Positions 52,111 through 64,000 of a stretch of DNA of 64,000 nucleotides are shown in pieces; position 1 is the stretch's first letter, and every line of letters begins with the position of its first letter. Source of the DNA: Phaeosaccion multiseriatum (lineage: Eukaryota; Protista; Ochrophyta, other classes). The stretch is from contig OZ218950.1 in NCBI GenBank assembly GCA_965112735.1, positions 5,704,001-5,768,000 of the forward strand, written 5' to 3'. The notes beneath the pieces were generated by a model. It ran no database searches and was not told the origin of the DNA. It saw nothing but the letters and a program-made list of their open reading frames with translations. The position numbers and the translations under genes are program-made.

Positions 52111-55100
52111 ATGACGGTGTATACTGAGGAAGGAGAGGAGGGAAAGGAGGGGAAGTGGCAGCGGGACCAGGAGGACGCTGCTACAGTCGAGCAGCAGAGC
52201 GACGCGGACGACGACGACGACGAAAGCTCTGAAGACGAGAGCTCCGATGATGAGACAGACAGTGATGTTGACTACACTACAGATAGCTCCAGGAGGCGGA
52301 GAGGGTCTACCACCTCGGAATCAGAGTCTGATGACGGCTCCTCCGAGAGCGGGAGTGCTAGGAGGGCGGCGGAGAAAGCAGCCAGCAAGGTCAAGGTCAA
52401 GACGCCTCTCACCCAAGCCCAGGCAGCGACGCTTATCCAGGGAATGTACAGAAGCAGGCAGGCGAAGAAGCAATTTATCAGCCAGGTGAGACGTGGTGGT
52501 GAGCCAAGCCAGGCTTAAAGAAGCTCTAGTAGAGACACGAGTACGTGCTTTCTCTGCTTGCGAAAGTTGCGCACAGCGAGTGCATGGCATCTCCGCACGG
52601 CGTTGGCGGGGGGGGATAGAAGGACACTAAACGGAAAAGAGCAGAAGGGCTTCTCTTATCATCTGATCAACCAATTTACGCGACTCCACACGGCATGTGC
52701 TGTGCTGTGCTGTGCCGCCTCAGGTGAGGCAAGTGTACGAGAAACAATACGATGCCGAAAATGGAGAGTATTTCTTCTACAACAAACTATCAGGTGTGTG
52801 TGTGTGTGTGTGTGTGTGTCAAGCAAACTACCAGGTGTGTGTGTGTGTGTGTCAAGAAAGTGCTCTCCAACAACCCGGCTAAAAATGAGATGAGTGCACG
52901 AGAAGAATGGCGCCACAGACACAAGACTTGCGACACACACGAGCAATCAACCGATGACCCCTGCTTCCCTTCCCCCCCCCCCCCCTTTCCTCCTCCTTCC
53001 TTTGGTAGGCGAGTCTCAATGGGAGCCCCCTGCCACTCTGCGAGGGGAGGAGTACGAGCCGAGGGAGACGGCGGCGGTGTGCAGGGTGCAGAGAATGTTT
53101 CGGAGAAAGAGAGCGCACAAGAAGCTCATGGCCATGCTGGACAATGTGAGTGGGGCCTGCCGATGCCTTGTTCGGCTCAGTACTTCGGCCGGGTAGAAGA
53201 GAATGACCTACAGCTGATAGTGAAGCACGTCTGTGGGCAGACTGGGCGTATTCAGTTCTGCAGGGATCACGCCTGAGCTTCCTCCCTTTCCTCTCCTCTG
53301 AGCAGGTACTGCACTACGCAACAGCCCTCTCTCATCCCTTCTCTTCCCTCTCCTCCCCCCTCCTCCTGCTCCTCCTCCTCCTGCTCCTCCTCCTCCTCCT
53401 CCTCCTCCTCCTCCTCCTCCTCCTCCTCCTCCTCCTCCTCCTCCTCCTCCTCCTCCTGCTCCTCCTCCTCCTCCTCCTGCTCCTCCTCCTGCTCCTCCTC
53501 CTCCTGCTCCTCCTCCTCCCCCTCCTCCTCCTCCTCTATAGGTATATGAGAAAGGCTATGACAAAGCCACAGACTCCTGGTACTATTACAACAAGATTTC
53601 TGGTGCGACGGAGTGGCACAAGCCCAAGTTGTACGGCGATAGGGAGCCTCCCACCAACCCTTCCGACGCAGCCGTGCAGGAGAAGGACGTTGAGATCGCT
53701 AAGCTCAGGGCCATGCTGGCGGAGAAGGAGGCGGAGGCCATGCAGGCCAAACAGGTGAGCCACTGCGACAAGATGGACAGGGCACACAAGGCCTCTACCC
53801 TCTCTCCTCCCTCTCTCTCTCTCTCTCTCCTCTCGGACTTCTCTCTTTGTCTAATTGTCACCTCTGGCGCCCTTCTTCCTCCCCTCCTCTCTCGTCTTTC
53901 TCCTTATCTCCTTCTCTCCTCCCTCTCTCTCTCTCTCTCCTCTCGGACTTCTCTCTTTGTCTAATTGTCACCTCTGGCGCCCTTCTTCCTCCCCTGCTCT
54001 CTCGTCTTTCTCCTTATCTCCTTCTCTCCTCTCTCTACCTCTCTTTCTCTCCTCCCTCCCTTTCCCTCTCCACGATGTTTCTCCCTCACTCGTCGACACA
54101 CATACACAAACACACACATCATACACACACTCTCTCTCACACACACATACACAGTCCCTTGTGGAAGAGCAGACGAAGATAGCGGTGCGAGAAGGGGCCC
54201 TCGATGAGGACGATGCCAAGAAGAGAAGCAAGCACATGGACGCCTGGGGAGTAGATCACGTCGCTGAGTGGTGAGTGAGTGAGTGAGTGATTGAGTGAGT
54301 GAGTGAGTGAGTGAGTGAGAGTGTGGGTGAGTGGATGAGTGTTTGAGTGTTTGAGTGAGTGAGTGAGTGATGAAGGGTGTGAGTGAGTGGATGAGTCAGT
54401 GAGTGAAGGGTGTGAGTGAGTGGATGAGTCAGTGAGTGAGTGAGTGAGTGAGTGAGTGAGTGAGTGAGTGAGTGAGTGAGTGGTGAGTAAGAGTGAGTGA
54501 GTGGGTGGGTGAGTGAGAGTGTGAGTGAGTGAGTGAGTGAGTGAGTGAGCGTTTGAGTGAGTGAGTGGGTGAGTGGGTGAGTGGGTGAGTGAGTGGGTGA
54601 GTGAGTGAGTGAATGGGTGAGTGAGTAGTGAGTGAGTGAGTGAGTTAAGTGAGTGAGTGGGTTGAGTGTGAGTGAGCAAGAGGCGCGGCCGTCGCTGCTG
54701 AGCCTCACCCCAATCCCTCCACCGCCCCCCCCTTTCCCCTTGCCAGGTTTGACAGCTTAGGCTACGGACAATACTCCGCCGGAGTCCGCTCCAACCGCGT
54801 GGACGGCCTGCTGCTGCTGCACATGATGGGCGAAGACTGGGTGCACCTCGGCATCAAGAACGCCTTACATGTGCGTCGTATAGACGTGGCCATGCAGAAG
54901 TATCGACTCCGCTTCGAGCACGCGCAGAACGGGGGAGGGAATGACTCGGAGAGTGACGGTTTCAGCGATATGAGCGCCTCTGATACGCCGTCGGAGCTGC
55001 TGGATGAGGAGGAGGCCTTTCTGAGTGAGTGGTGGGGCGGAGTGGGGACAGAGGGGAGTGAGGAGAGAGAGGGAAGGAGTGTGGGATAGGGAGGCGGGCG

Positions 55101-55510
55101 ATCGAAAACGAAGTTGGGGCAAAGCATAGAGCCTGGAGATGTAGTGCTTCTCCCCCCCCCCTCATTCCACCCACTGTGGCCTTGTGCTGTGCTGGGGATC
55201 CTGACACTTGGCTCCCTCCCTTCCTCCCTCCCTCCCTATATCCCTCCCTCCCTCCCTTCCTATATCCCTTCCTCCCTATATCCCTCCCTCCCTCCCTCCC
55301 TATATCCCTCCCTCCCTCCCTCCCTTCCTTCCTTCCTTCCTTCCGTCCTTCCATCCTTCCATCCTTCCTTCCATCCTTCCATCCTTCCTTCCTTCCTTCC
55401 TTCCTTCCTTCCTTCCTTCCTTCCTTCCTTCCTTCCTTCCTTCCTTCCTTCCTTCCTTCCTTCCTTCCTTCCTTCCTTCCTTCCTTCCTTCCTTTCTTCC
55501 TTCCTGCCTT

Positions 55511-55542
<32 letters not shown>

Positions 55543-57876
55543 CCTTCCTTCCTTCCTTCCTTCCTTCCTTCCTTCCTTCCTTCCTTCCTCCCTCCCTCCC
55601 TCCCTCCCTCCCTCCCTCCCTCCCTCCCTCCCTCCCTCCCTCCCTCCCTCCCTCCCTCCCTCCCTCCCTCCCTCCCTCCCTCCCTCCCTCCCTCCCTCTC
55701 TCTTTCCCTCCCCCCCCTCCCTCCCTTGACTATTGCTTTCTATTGATCCTCCCCACCGCAGACGAAGAGGAGGAACGAAGGGAGCATGGCGACAACAGCG
55801 ACTCACACTCGCAACCCCCCACAGAGGTAGGGCACTAGCACCAGGCACTAGCACCAGGCACTAGCACCAGGCACTGGCACCAGGCACTAGCACCAGGCAC
55901 TAGCACCAGGCACTAGCACCAGGCATTAGCACCAGGCACTAACACCATGCACTAGCACCAGTCTTTTGAAAGCCGTTAGCAAAGCATGCTTCGTCCCCAC
56001 ATGCCACATACCATGAGTCGCCTATGCGCGTGTGTGCGTGTGACGGTCATTCACTCACTTCTCTGACTTCACTCACTCACGCGCTCATGCACTCCCTCCC
56101 TTCCTGCCTTCCTCCCTCACTCACCCACTCGCTCACTCACCGACCCACCCACTCACCGACCCACTAACTTCCTGCATCCACTCACTCACTCACTCACTCA
56201 CTCACTCACCCCTCTCCTTCTGTTGGCATGCATGTATGAATGACGCAAATGAATAGGACGAATTAGCAGCGATGCGGCAAGACGATCTCAACATTAAGAA
56301 ACAAGTCATCTTCGAGGGAGACGGAGAGGAGAAGCCCCTTCCTGGTGACGTGGTGAAGATCCACTACACCTGTGCCATTGCGCATGAGGAGGACTGGACC
56401 AGGCCAGCCTCGGAGAAGATGCCCGACAAGATTGTTGAGAGCTCGAGAAAGATGCGGAGAAGAGCCCTGGAGTTCGTGCTCGGGGAAGGCCAGGTAGGGT
56501 GCGATGGCAGTGGATGGGGTGGATGGCCGTACCCATCTCCAAGGGGCGGATTGAGGTGGGGTGGGGCGGGGTCGGGGCGGCGAGGAGGAGGCTGGGAGGG
56601 AGAGACTCGAGGCGAGGAGAGGAGGAAGACGGGAGTGAAAGAATTGCAGCTCAGCCCTCCCCACCTCCTCGTCGGTTGTGCACGTCCCCTCCCCTCCCCC
56701 CCCCCTCCCCTCCCCTCCCCTCCCCTCCCCTCCCCTCCCCTCCCCTCCCCTCCCCTCCCCTCCCCTCCCCTCCCCTCCCCTCCCCTCCCCTCCCCTCCCC
56801 TCCCCTCCCCTCTCCTCCCCTCTCCTCCCCTCTCCTCTCCTCCCCTCTCCTCCCCTCCCCTCCCCTCTCCTCCCCTCCCCTCCCCTCCCCTCCCCTCCCC
56901 TCCCCTCCCTTCCCCTCCCCTCCGCTCCCCTCCCCTCCCCTCCCCTCCCCTCCCTTCCCCTCCCCTCCCCTCCCCTCCCCTCCCCTCCCCTCCCATCCCA
57001 TCCCCTCCCCTCCCCTCCCATCCCCTCCCATCCCCTCCCATCCCCTCCCCTCCCCCCCCCCCCCCTAACCCCTCCCCTCCCCTCCTCCCCCCCCCCCTAA
57101 AGGTGGTACGTGGCCTGGACCGTGCCATCCCCTCTATGACCTTCGGAGAGAGAGCAAAGTTCACCATCACCGCCGAGTACGCGTACGGCGCCAAGGGCTT
57201 TCCCCCCATCATCCCACCCGAGTCATCGCTGGTCTTTGATGTTAACCTCGTTCGGTTCATCGAGCGGCCCAGGTAAGCTCAAGGCATGTAGGGGAGTGTA
57301 ATGAAGTGTAATGAAGTCTAATGAAGTGTAATGAAGCGTAAGGGGGGGAATGACATTAACCTCGTTCGGTTTATAGAGCGGCATGTGGCAGGTACGCAAG
57401 GGAGGGTATATGGGTAATAATTATAGAGTGGTAGAGCAAGAGAGGCAAAGTAGTTTTGTAGACCACCCCAGCTCGGCTCCAGTGCCTCCGTGCTGCCTCT
57501 CCTCACTCTCCCTCCCCCTTCTTCCTTCTCCTCCATGTTTCGTGTCTGGCCCCTGACCTCTGTCTCTCGCTGTGTCTGTCTCTCCGCCCATCGCTCTGTC
57601 CATCATCACACTTGCCTTTCTTCTGCTTCGTCTATCGCTCTGTCCATCCCTACGTCCCTGTCTGTCCTCTCCCCCTCTCTTTCTCTCCTCAGGTGGGTGA
57701 AAAAGCTCCTTCAGCACTCGGGTCCCTACCTTGAGACCCCCTACGAGCCTGAGCAGAAGAAGGACCCCCACGACTCCACCGCGACAGACCCCCGACACAC
57801 CGAAAGCTTGCTGACCCTCGATCAAGATCGTGTTCAGTACCCCTTCGGAGAGAGGAAGACTGACTCAAGAGGGTAA
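52111..57876 (+). CDS. Multidomain IQ-WW-IQ-WW-SAM-FKBP protein
   Basis: IQ ([16 protein letters not shown]; [10 protein letters not shown]), WW (YEKQYD...YFFYNKLS|GESQWEPP; [15 protein letters not shown]), SAM (WGVDHVAEW|FDSLG..QY...NRVDGLLLL....LGI), FKBP ([12 protein letters not shown]...EFVLGEGQ|[14 protein letters not shown]...AYG..G.PPIIPP.S.LVFDV.L). Confidence 0.85.
55833..55960 (+). repeat. Intronic 13-bp tandem repeat (ggcactagcacca)
   Basis: About ten copies starting just after a splice donor. Confidence 0.9.
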
Positions 57877-57968
57877 CAAAGGCAAAGTCCGTGTTATATA
57901 CGGTGGGTACTTTAATGACTTCATAGGAATCAACCTAAGAATCCTAAGAATTACGTAAGATAGACTCG

Positions 57969-58911
57969 CTATTTCTCCATGTTTTCCTCTGGCTTTTTGC
58001 TCAGCAGATCCGTGAGTGAGTCAGTTAGTTGAGCAGGAGGGCGTTTCTTGACAGTGGCTGGTGCTGCGGCCCGTGCAGCCGGGACCTTGACCGCCGGTGC
58101 GTCGCTGACCTCCCCTACGTCGATGGCAGCTGACGCCGTCTGTCCAGCCACAGCCACAGCAGCCGCCGCCGCATTGGCCACCGCTTCTCTTGAGGCCTTG
58201 GCTGACTTCGAAGCCGCCGCTGCTGCCTCCATGTCTGTCACCGCGCTCTTGGCCAAGAGCCCCTGCTTCACGGCCTCGCTGAGGAGGCTCCTGACCTCCG
58301 ACAGCAAGTCAATACGCTGCTGATCCTTCATCTCAGCCTTGGCCGTTACGTACGCCTCTTTGGCCGCCAGCTGCCGCTCCACGTACGCAAACGACTCGCG
58401 GAGCTTGCGCAGCTGATCGTGGCTGATAGAGACGGAGGGAGGGGAGGGAGGGGAGGGAGGGAGAGGGAGGGAGAGGTGAGGAGTGAGGGGCACTGCAGGG
58501 GCGGAGGAGGACACAGGAATGGACCGGTCGGGGAGTGGTCGGGGATCCATCGCTCGGACGCCCGGCCGGGAGGCGCGGCCTGCAGCCTGTGCTCGCCAGA
58601 CAGACTGGTCACAGCCAAGAGCCAGCCCCACAGCCCCACAGCCGCACAGCCGCACAGCCGCACCGCCTCCTGCCCAACACTCTCTTATCTATTCGAATAC
58701 GCGGGTCCCCCTTCTTGTTAAACAGAGTTAGACAGACGGCCTGCCAGACAGACGGCCTGCCTGCTTGGCCATATACCTGCCCATCTGACCTGTGCGTGTT
58801 GAACTTGTATAGTCCGTAGAAGAGGTCGAAACTGTCGCTGCACGTGTTCTCCATCAGTCTCAAGGCGCTCTGGAACCCCTTCGTGTCGATAGGCGTGGCC
58901 ACCAGCCCCTG

Positions 58912-58963
<52 letters not shown>

Positions 58964-59855
58964 GAATGCGAAGCGGAGGAGGACCGCAGGGAGAGAGCGA
59001 AGGTGGGACCAAAAGCAACGCAAAGGAAAAAACGGAAAGAGTAGGTATGGGTGTCAGACGCGGGCAGAAACAGCCCCAGCAGAGCAGAGCCGCAGCCGAG
59101 AGCAGCACACACACACACATACGCACACGCACACACGCACGCACACAACACACACGCACACGCACACGCACACGCACATACGCACACGCACACGAAGGGA
59201 CGAAGGCTGATGAGCCTCCCTGCTCCCTGCCCCGTCCGCCTGCTTGCTGCCTCTGCGCTGCGCTGCCTGCTCCACTACCCTCCTTGTCTAAACACAACAC
59301 ACATTGCTCCCCAGGCGTAAAACAAACACACGACGAGCCCCGACGCTTCCCCCCCCCGCCCCTCCCTTCCCCTCCCTCCTCCTCCTTCTTCTCCTCCTCC
59401 TCCTCTCCTCCTCCCCCTCCCTCCCTCCTCCTCCTCCTCCTCCGCGTCCTCCTCCTCCTCTCCTCCTTCTCCTCCCCCTGCCTTCCCCTCCCTCCCTCCG
59501 CGTCCTCCTCCTCCTCTTCCTCCTCCTCCCCCCCCCCTCCTCCTCCTCCCTCACGCACCTGCTCCCCGAGGATCCTGCCCATAAGATGAGTGATGAATTG
59601 CGTGTTGGCTGCGTACTGATCGTGTTGCTCGCAGCTCATCTCCACCATCTTGCAGCGCTCGGCCTCCCAGATGGAGAGGAAGTCCGCACAACGGTCGTTG
59701 TTAGCGATGCGCACCTGCCATGGAAGAAGGGAATGGATGAGAGGGAGTACGGAGGAGTAGCGAGAGACCATCAGTCCCAAGTCAAGCACAGCTGAGCACA
59801 TTCTCGCCCTCCCTGCACAGCCTCGTGTGTGTGTGTGCGTGCGCATGTGTGCGGT

Positions 59856-59900
<45 letters not shown>

Positions 59901-62171
59901 ACACTTCGTCTGCTCCTTCCCCTTCCCCTCCCCCGTTTGCAGTTCTCTTTCCTTTCGCCCCCACCTCAGGCCCTTCCCACTCCCCCTTCTCTCTCTCTCC
60001 CTCTCTCGTTCTCTCTCTCTCGTTCTGTCCGTCTCTCTCTCTCTCTCCCTACCTTGTCATAGATGAAGGGCAGACTGTTCCATCCGCTCTTGCCCGACTC
60101 CGGCCCGAACATGGGGTGAGTGCACAAAATGTCGGCGTCAGCAGGAAGCTTCTCCACCATCACACTCCGGGGGTGCTCCTGGAGGACGTCGGGGAGGGAG
60201 GGAGAGAGGGAGGAGGGGAGGGAGGGAGGGAGGGGCGTCAGAATCAACCCGTTCTTTCTATATCGATTCCCTTCTCTTGATGTCGATGCGCGAGAGGGGG
60301 CAGAGGGGAAGGAAAGGGAAGCAGACAGAACATGGCACTCCACGGGTGGTAGGCTGACCGACTGACTGACCAACTGGCCGACTGACTGACTGACTGACTG
60401 ACTGACTGACTGACTGACTGACCAACTGAACTGACCAACTGGCCGACTGACTGACTGACTGACTGACTGACCGACTGACTGACTGACTGACTGGCTGACT
60501 GACTGAACGGAACAAACTGACAGACAAACTGCTGGTACTGACCTTGACGCTGAGCACGTCGACAACGAGCCTTCCCCTAAACAAGTCGGCAGGGATACCT
60601 CCGAGCACCTCGTCCAGAGACATTATGCTGCACGCCAGCAGCACCTGGCGGGGGGAGGGGGAGGAGGAAGGTCAGGGCAGTGAGGGGGGGAGGGAGGGAG
60701 GAAGCACAGAGGGGAGGAGAGTGGACCTGTCCATCCACTGCCATCCCTAGAGGCGCGACGACGAACGCAGTGAGTGAGTGAGTAGTTGTTGTACAAGTTC
60801 GCCTCTTCCTATGCCCCCAATCCCATCCCCATCCTCACGCACCACATCGAGGTCATTCGCGAAGAACTCCGCCGCCTCGTACATCTGGTAGCTCTTGAGC
60901 CCATCGCCCACGGAATGAGCGGCCCGACGCACGTCAGACCGACTCATCACCACCACCTGAGAGAGAGAGAGAGAGAGAGAGATCACAGCAGAGGGGGAGG
61001 AAGGAAGGAAGGAAGGAAGGAAGGGAGGGAGGGAGAGAGGGAGAGGGAGGGAGAGAGGGAGGAGCGTGAGGAGGGGACAGAGAACGGAAAGGATAGGGAT
61101 ACGTATGTTGAAGGAAACAAAACAAACAAAAACAATCGATCGAGGCACCAAGTACCCAAGTGCACAAAGCACCCCTACCCCTTCTCTCTCGTTTCGCTTC
61201 CTTCTCCCACCCCTTCTCTCTCGTTTCGCTTCCTTCTCCCACCCCTTCTCTCTCGTTTCGCTTCCTTCTCCCACCCCTTCTCTCTCGTTTCGCTTCCTTC
61301 TCCCACCCCTTCTCTCTCGTTTCGCTTCCTTCTCCCACCCCTTCTCTCTCGTTTCGCTTCCTTCTCCCACCCCTTCTCTCTCGTTTCGCTTCCTTCTCCC
61401 ACCCCTTCTCTCTCGTTTCGCTTCCTTCTCCCTTCGTACTGACCTCCGCATACTTGACGAACGTCTCGGCGATGTATTTTCCAAAGTTGCCAAATCCGAT
61501 AATACCAATCTTGAGGGGCTTGCGGCCCTTGTCGAGCGAAGACAGCGCGATGGACACCACAGGCGCTGTGTACACGAACCGAGGCCAAACAATGGATAGG
61601 AGGGACGCCACACATCGATTGGAGGGATATGGGGGCACGGAAGGTTGATCGGTCAGACGCTGGCAGAGGAGTGAGAGTCATGTGAGAGCGCCAGCCAGGC
61701 CGCCAATCCAATGGTGGGGAGGAAGGTGACGCAAAGAACAGCAGTCCAATCTCATGGGTTTTATCCAAAGGGGAGATCGAACACCGTCAGCTCCCCTGCC
61801 CTGTCCCTTCCCCTTCCCTCTTCAACGCTCTCCTGCCCTGCCCTACTCCGCCCCCACTCCCCTCCCCTCTTCTCCGCCCTCCTCCCCTCCCCCCTCCCCT
61901 CCCTTACCCTGCCCTCCCCTCCTTCCCTACCCTACCTTACCCTACCCTACCTTACCTTACCCTACCCTACCCTACCCTACCCTACCATACCCTACCCTAC
62001 CTTACCCTACCCTATACCCTGCCCTATACCCTACCCTACCCTATACCCTACCTGGTTCTTTGCGGGCCTCGCTGGCCAGACTCAGTGCCTTGATGGTGTT
62101 CTTAATAGGCCCGATGAGTGTGCTCTTGGCGGGGTAAGAGCCCTGCCACAAGCAGCCACACACACACACAA

Positions 62172-62206
<35 letters not shown>

Positions 62207-63730
62207 GCAGTGGGGGAGGGGCGAGTTAGGCCATGCATACAACAGGACAATAGCAACAACCACAACAAAAGAAAAGGGCCGCAAGAAGAGTGATTGGAGG
62301 TACACACAACAACACAACACAACACCGTATATGGCGAATATGGCAGACAATAACACAACACCGTAACGTATATGGCGAAGCCCGTCCGTCGAAGCAAAGC
62401 AAAGCAAAGCCTCTTTGGGCGTACGCGACAGAAAAAGTTCTCTCTCTATCCCTCCAGCTCTCTATCTGTGTCTCCACCTCTCCATCTCTCTCTATATGTG
62501 TCTATCCATCTCTATTGCTCTTACTCACTCACTCACTCGTTCACTCACGCCCTCCCTCACTCACTGACTGAATCACTGACTCACTGACTCATTCAATCAC
62601 TCGCTCGCTCACTCACTCACTCACCCCCCTCCCTCATTCACTCACTCACTCACTGACTCAGTGACTCCTTCAATCACTCCCTCCCTCCCTCACTCACTCA
62701 CTCACTCACTCACGCCATCACGCACTCACCAGCACCCTAACGAAGGGGGCCATCTCCTTGAGGTGCGAGAGGGCGTTTTGGGCGCCGTCGGAGAGCTCGC
62801 TGGAGAGGAAGTCTGAGGAGCGAAGGAGGGAGGAAGGGAGGGGGAGGAGGGAGGAGGGAGGAAGGGAGGGGGGGGAGGGAGGAAGGGAGGGGGGAGGGAG
62901 GAAGGGAGGGGACGAGTGTGAGCCTCTGATGGAGAGAGAGAGAGAGGAAGGAGAGAGGGATTAAGGGTACGAGCGTCTGAGGGAGACTGAGAGAGAGTGA
63001 GAAAACCGTTACGATGTGCTCACGTAAGCACACGTAAGCACACGCAACCACACCCGCTTGGCTCAAGGGGGCGAGGGGGAGGGGACGGACGACGGATGGA
63101 TGGGTAGTTAGTTGGCAAGTAGCCACAACACCACGCCACGCCACGCCACACCACGCCACACCCTCTCCTTGACTACTCACCTAGGTAGAAGCAGTACTCG
63201 AACCGGCGAAAGCCGTTGCCCGTCTCTCCCTTCCCGCCACTCCCCCCAGAAGCTCGAGCGCTGTATGGAGAGAAGGAAAAGGCCGAGTTGGGGGGGGGGG
63301 GGGTTGACGTGGTGATTTGGTGGTGTGAGGCAAAGATAAAACACTTCTCTCTCCCCCTCTGCCCCGCCACCTCTCTCCCTCTCTCCCTCTCCGCCTCTTG
63401 CGTCCCTGACCTGTTCTGCTGCGCGTGAAAGCGCAGGTACTGCAGCAGCGTGGACCCCGTGGGGCGACTCTCTATCTTGGAGAAGTCAATCTCACGCAGG
63501 GAGAAGCACGCCAGAGCCTTGTACAGAGCACCTTTGCAAGTTGGTGATGCAGCAGCAGTTGGTCAGTTGGTGATACAGCAATGAAATCCAATTGGAACAA
63601 ATTAAACCTTACCCGCCGAGTTGGGCAGCGTGAAAACGATGCTGGTCTTGGCAGACTGCGAAGGAGACAGATACACGCCTACGGGCTCGCGAGACAGCAG
63701 TAGGAAGCGAGTGAAGTTGACGTCGTCGTC
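57969..63730 (-). CDS. Bifunctional prephenate/arogenate dehydratase (with ACT domain) - arogenate dehydrogenase (TyrA) fusion; 5' part lies beyond window end
   Basis: Exons give NFTRFLLL, KTSIVF.LPN.AGALYKALACF.LR.ID.SKIESRP, FEY.FYLDF, VLGSYP (PDT/ACT), then KIGIIGFGNFG, VDVLSVK, DILCTHPMFGPESG..W, EMSCEQHD..AANTQFITH, DSFDLFYGL (plant-type TyrA). Confidence 0.92.
61178..61433 (+). repeat. Intronic ~33-bp tandem repeat (cccttctctctcgtttcgcttccttctcccac unit)
   Basis: About seven near-identical copies inside a TyrA intron. Confidence 0.9.
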
Positions 63731-64000
63731 CTTGGGAGTGAGTAAGGGGGGGCGGGCGGGTAGGAAGGGATATCGACGTTAGGGAGGGAGGGGGAGAGGT
63801 AAAGAGGGTGGGGAGATATAAGGGTTGGAGGAGTAAAAGGGGGACGAGAGATAGAGCTTGTAGACGAGAAGATCTTGTTCTCTTGTATCTCTCTCTCTCT
63901 CTCTCTCCCTCTCTTTCTCTCTCTCTCCCTCCCTCTCTCTCTCTCCTCTTGTTTCTTCACAGCCCCAAGTTGCTGCCTGTATGCAGCCCACGCAACGCAC

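Noticed and set aside
54137-54708. THSL-repeat proteins
   Set aside because: These are antisense translations of an intronic (GTGA)n satellite.
55114-55854. PSFL/PSLP and EGRK repeat proteins
   Set aside because: These are translations of intronic (CCTT)n/(CCCT)n satellites.
56263-57260. Extensin-like SPPLP or GEGRG repeat proteins
   Set aside because: The (CCCCT)n tract lies within the FKBP intron between EGQ and VVRG, bounded by GT and AG.
60786-61768. Repetitive charged ORFs ([16 protein letters not shown])
   Set aside because: These are translations of the intronic ~33-bp tandem repeat.

Overview
This is eukaryotic, intron-rich, GC-rich nuclear DNA with microsatellite-packed introns, most consistent with a flagellated photosynthetic stramenopile (ochrophyte). 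One gene has a signal peptide followed by the ASAF plastid-targeting motif, and ciliary genes (BBS4, FSIP1-like) are present. About 19 protein-coding loci were reconstructed by joining exons by eye: FPGS (partial), a DDI1-type aspartyl protease, a Cys-rich/mucin-like membrane protein, a SAP-RCC1 protein, two putative plastid proteins, isovaleryl-CoA dehydrogenase, a GT10 fucosyltransferase, PIP5K, BBS4, FSIP1-like, a 3xDOMON-cytochrome b561, a DUF1294 protein, a tyrosinase, an orphan ORF, an F-box protein, a GT77-like glycosyltransferase, an IQ-WW-SAM-FKBP protein and a prephenate dehydratase-arogenate dehydrogenase fusion (partial). The most unusual signals are: (1) intronic microsatellites whose motif matches the splice donor they start from; (2) degenerate copies of exon 3' ends inside the following intron; (3) a ~2.6 kb element with AT-rich imperfect inverted ends around an intronless orphan ORF; (4) an intronless low-GC glycosyltransferase; and (5) the IQ-WW-IQ-WW-SAM-FKBP architecture. 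No rRNA, tRNA or CRISPR features are supported. Family calls come from motif recognition; no searches were run.
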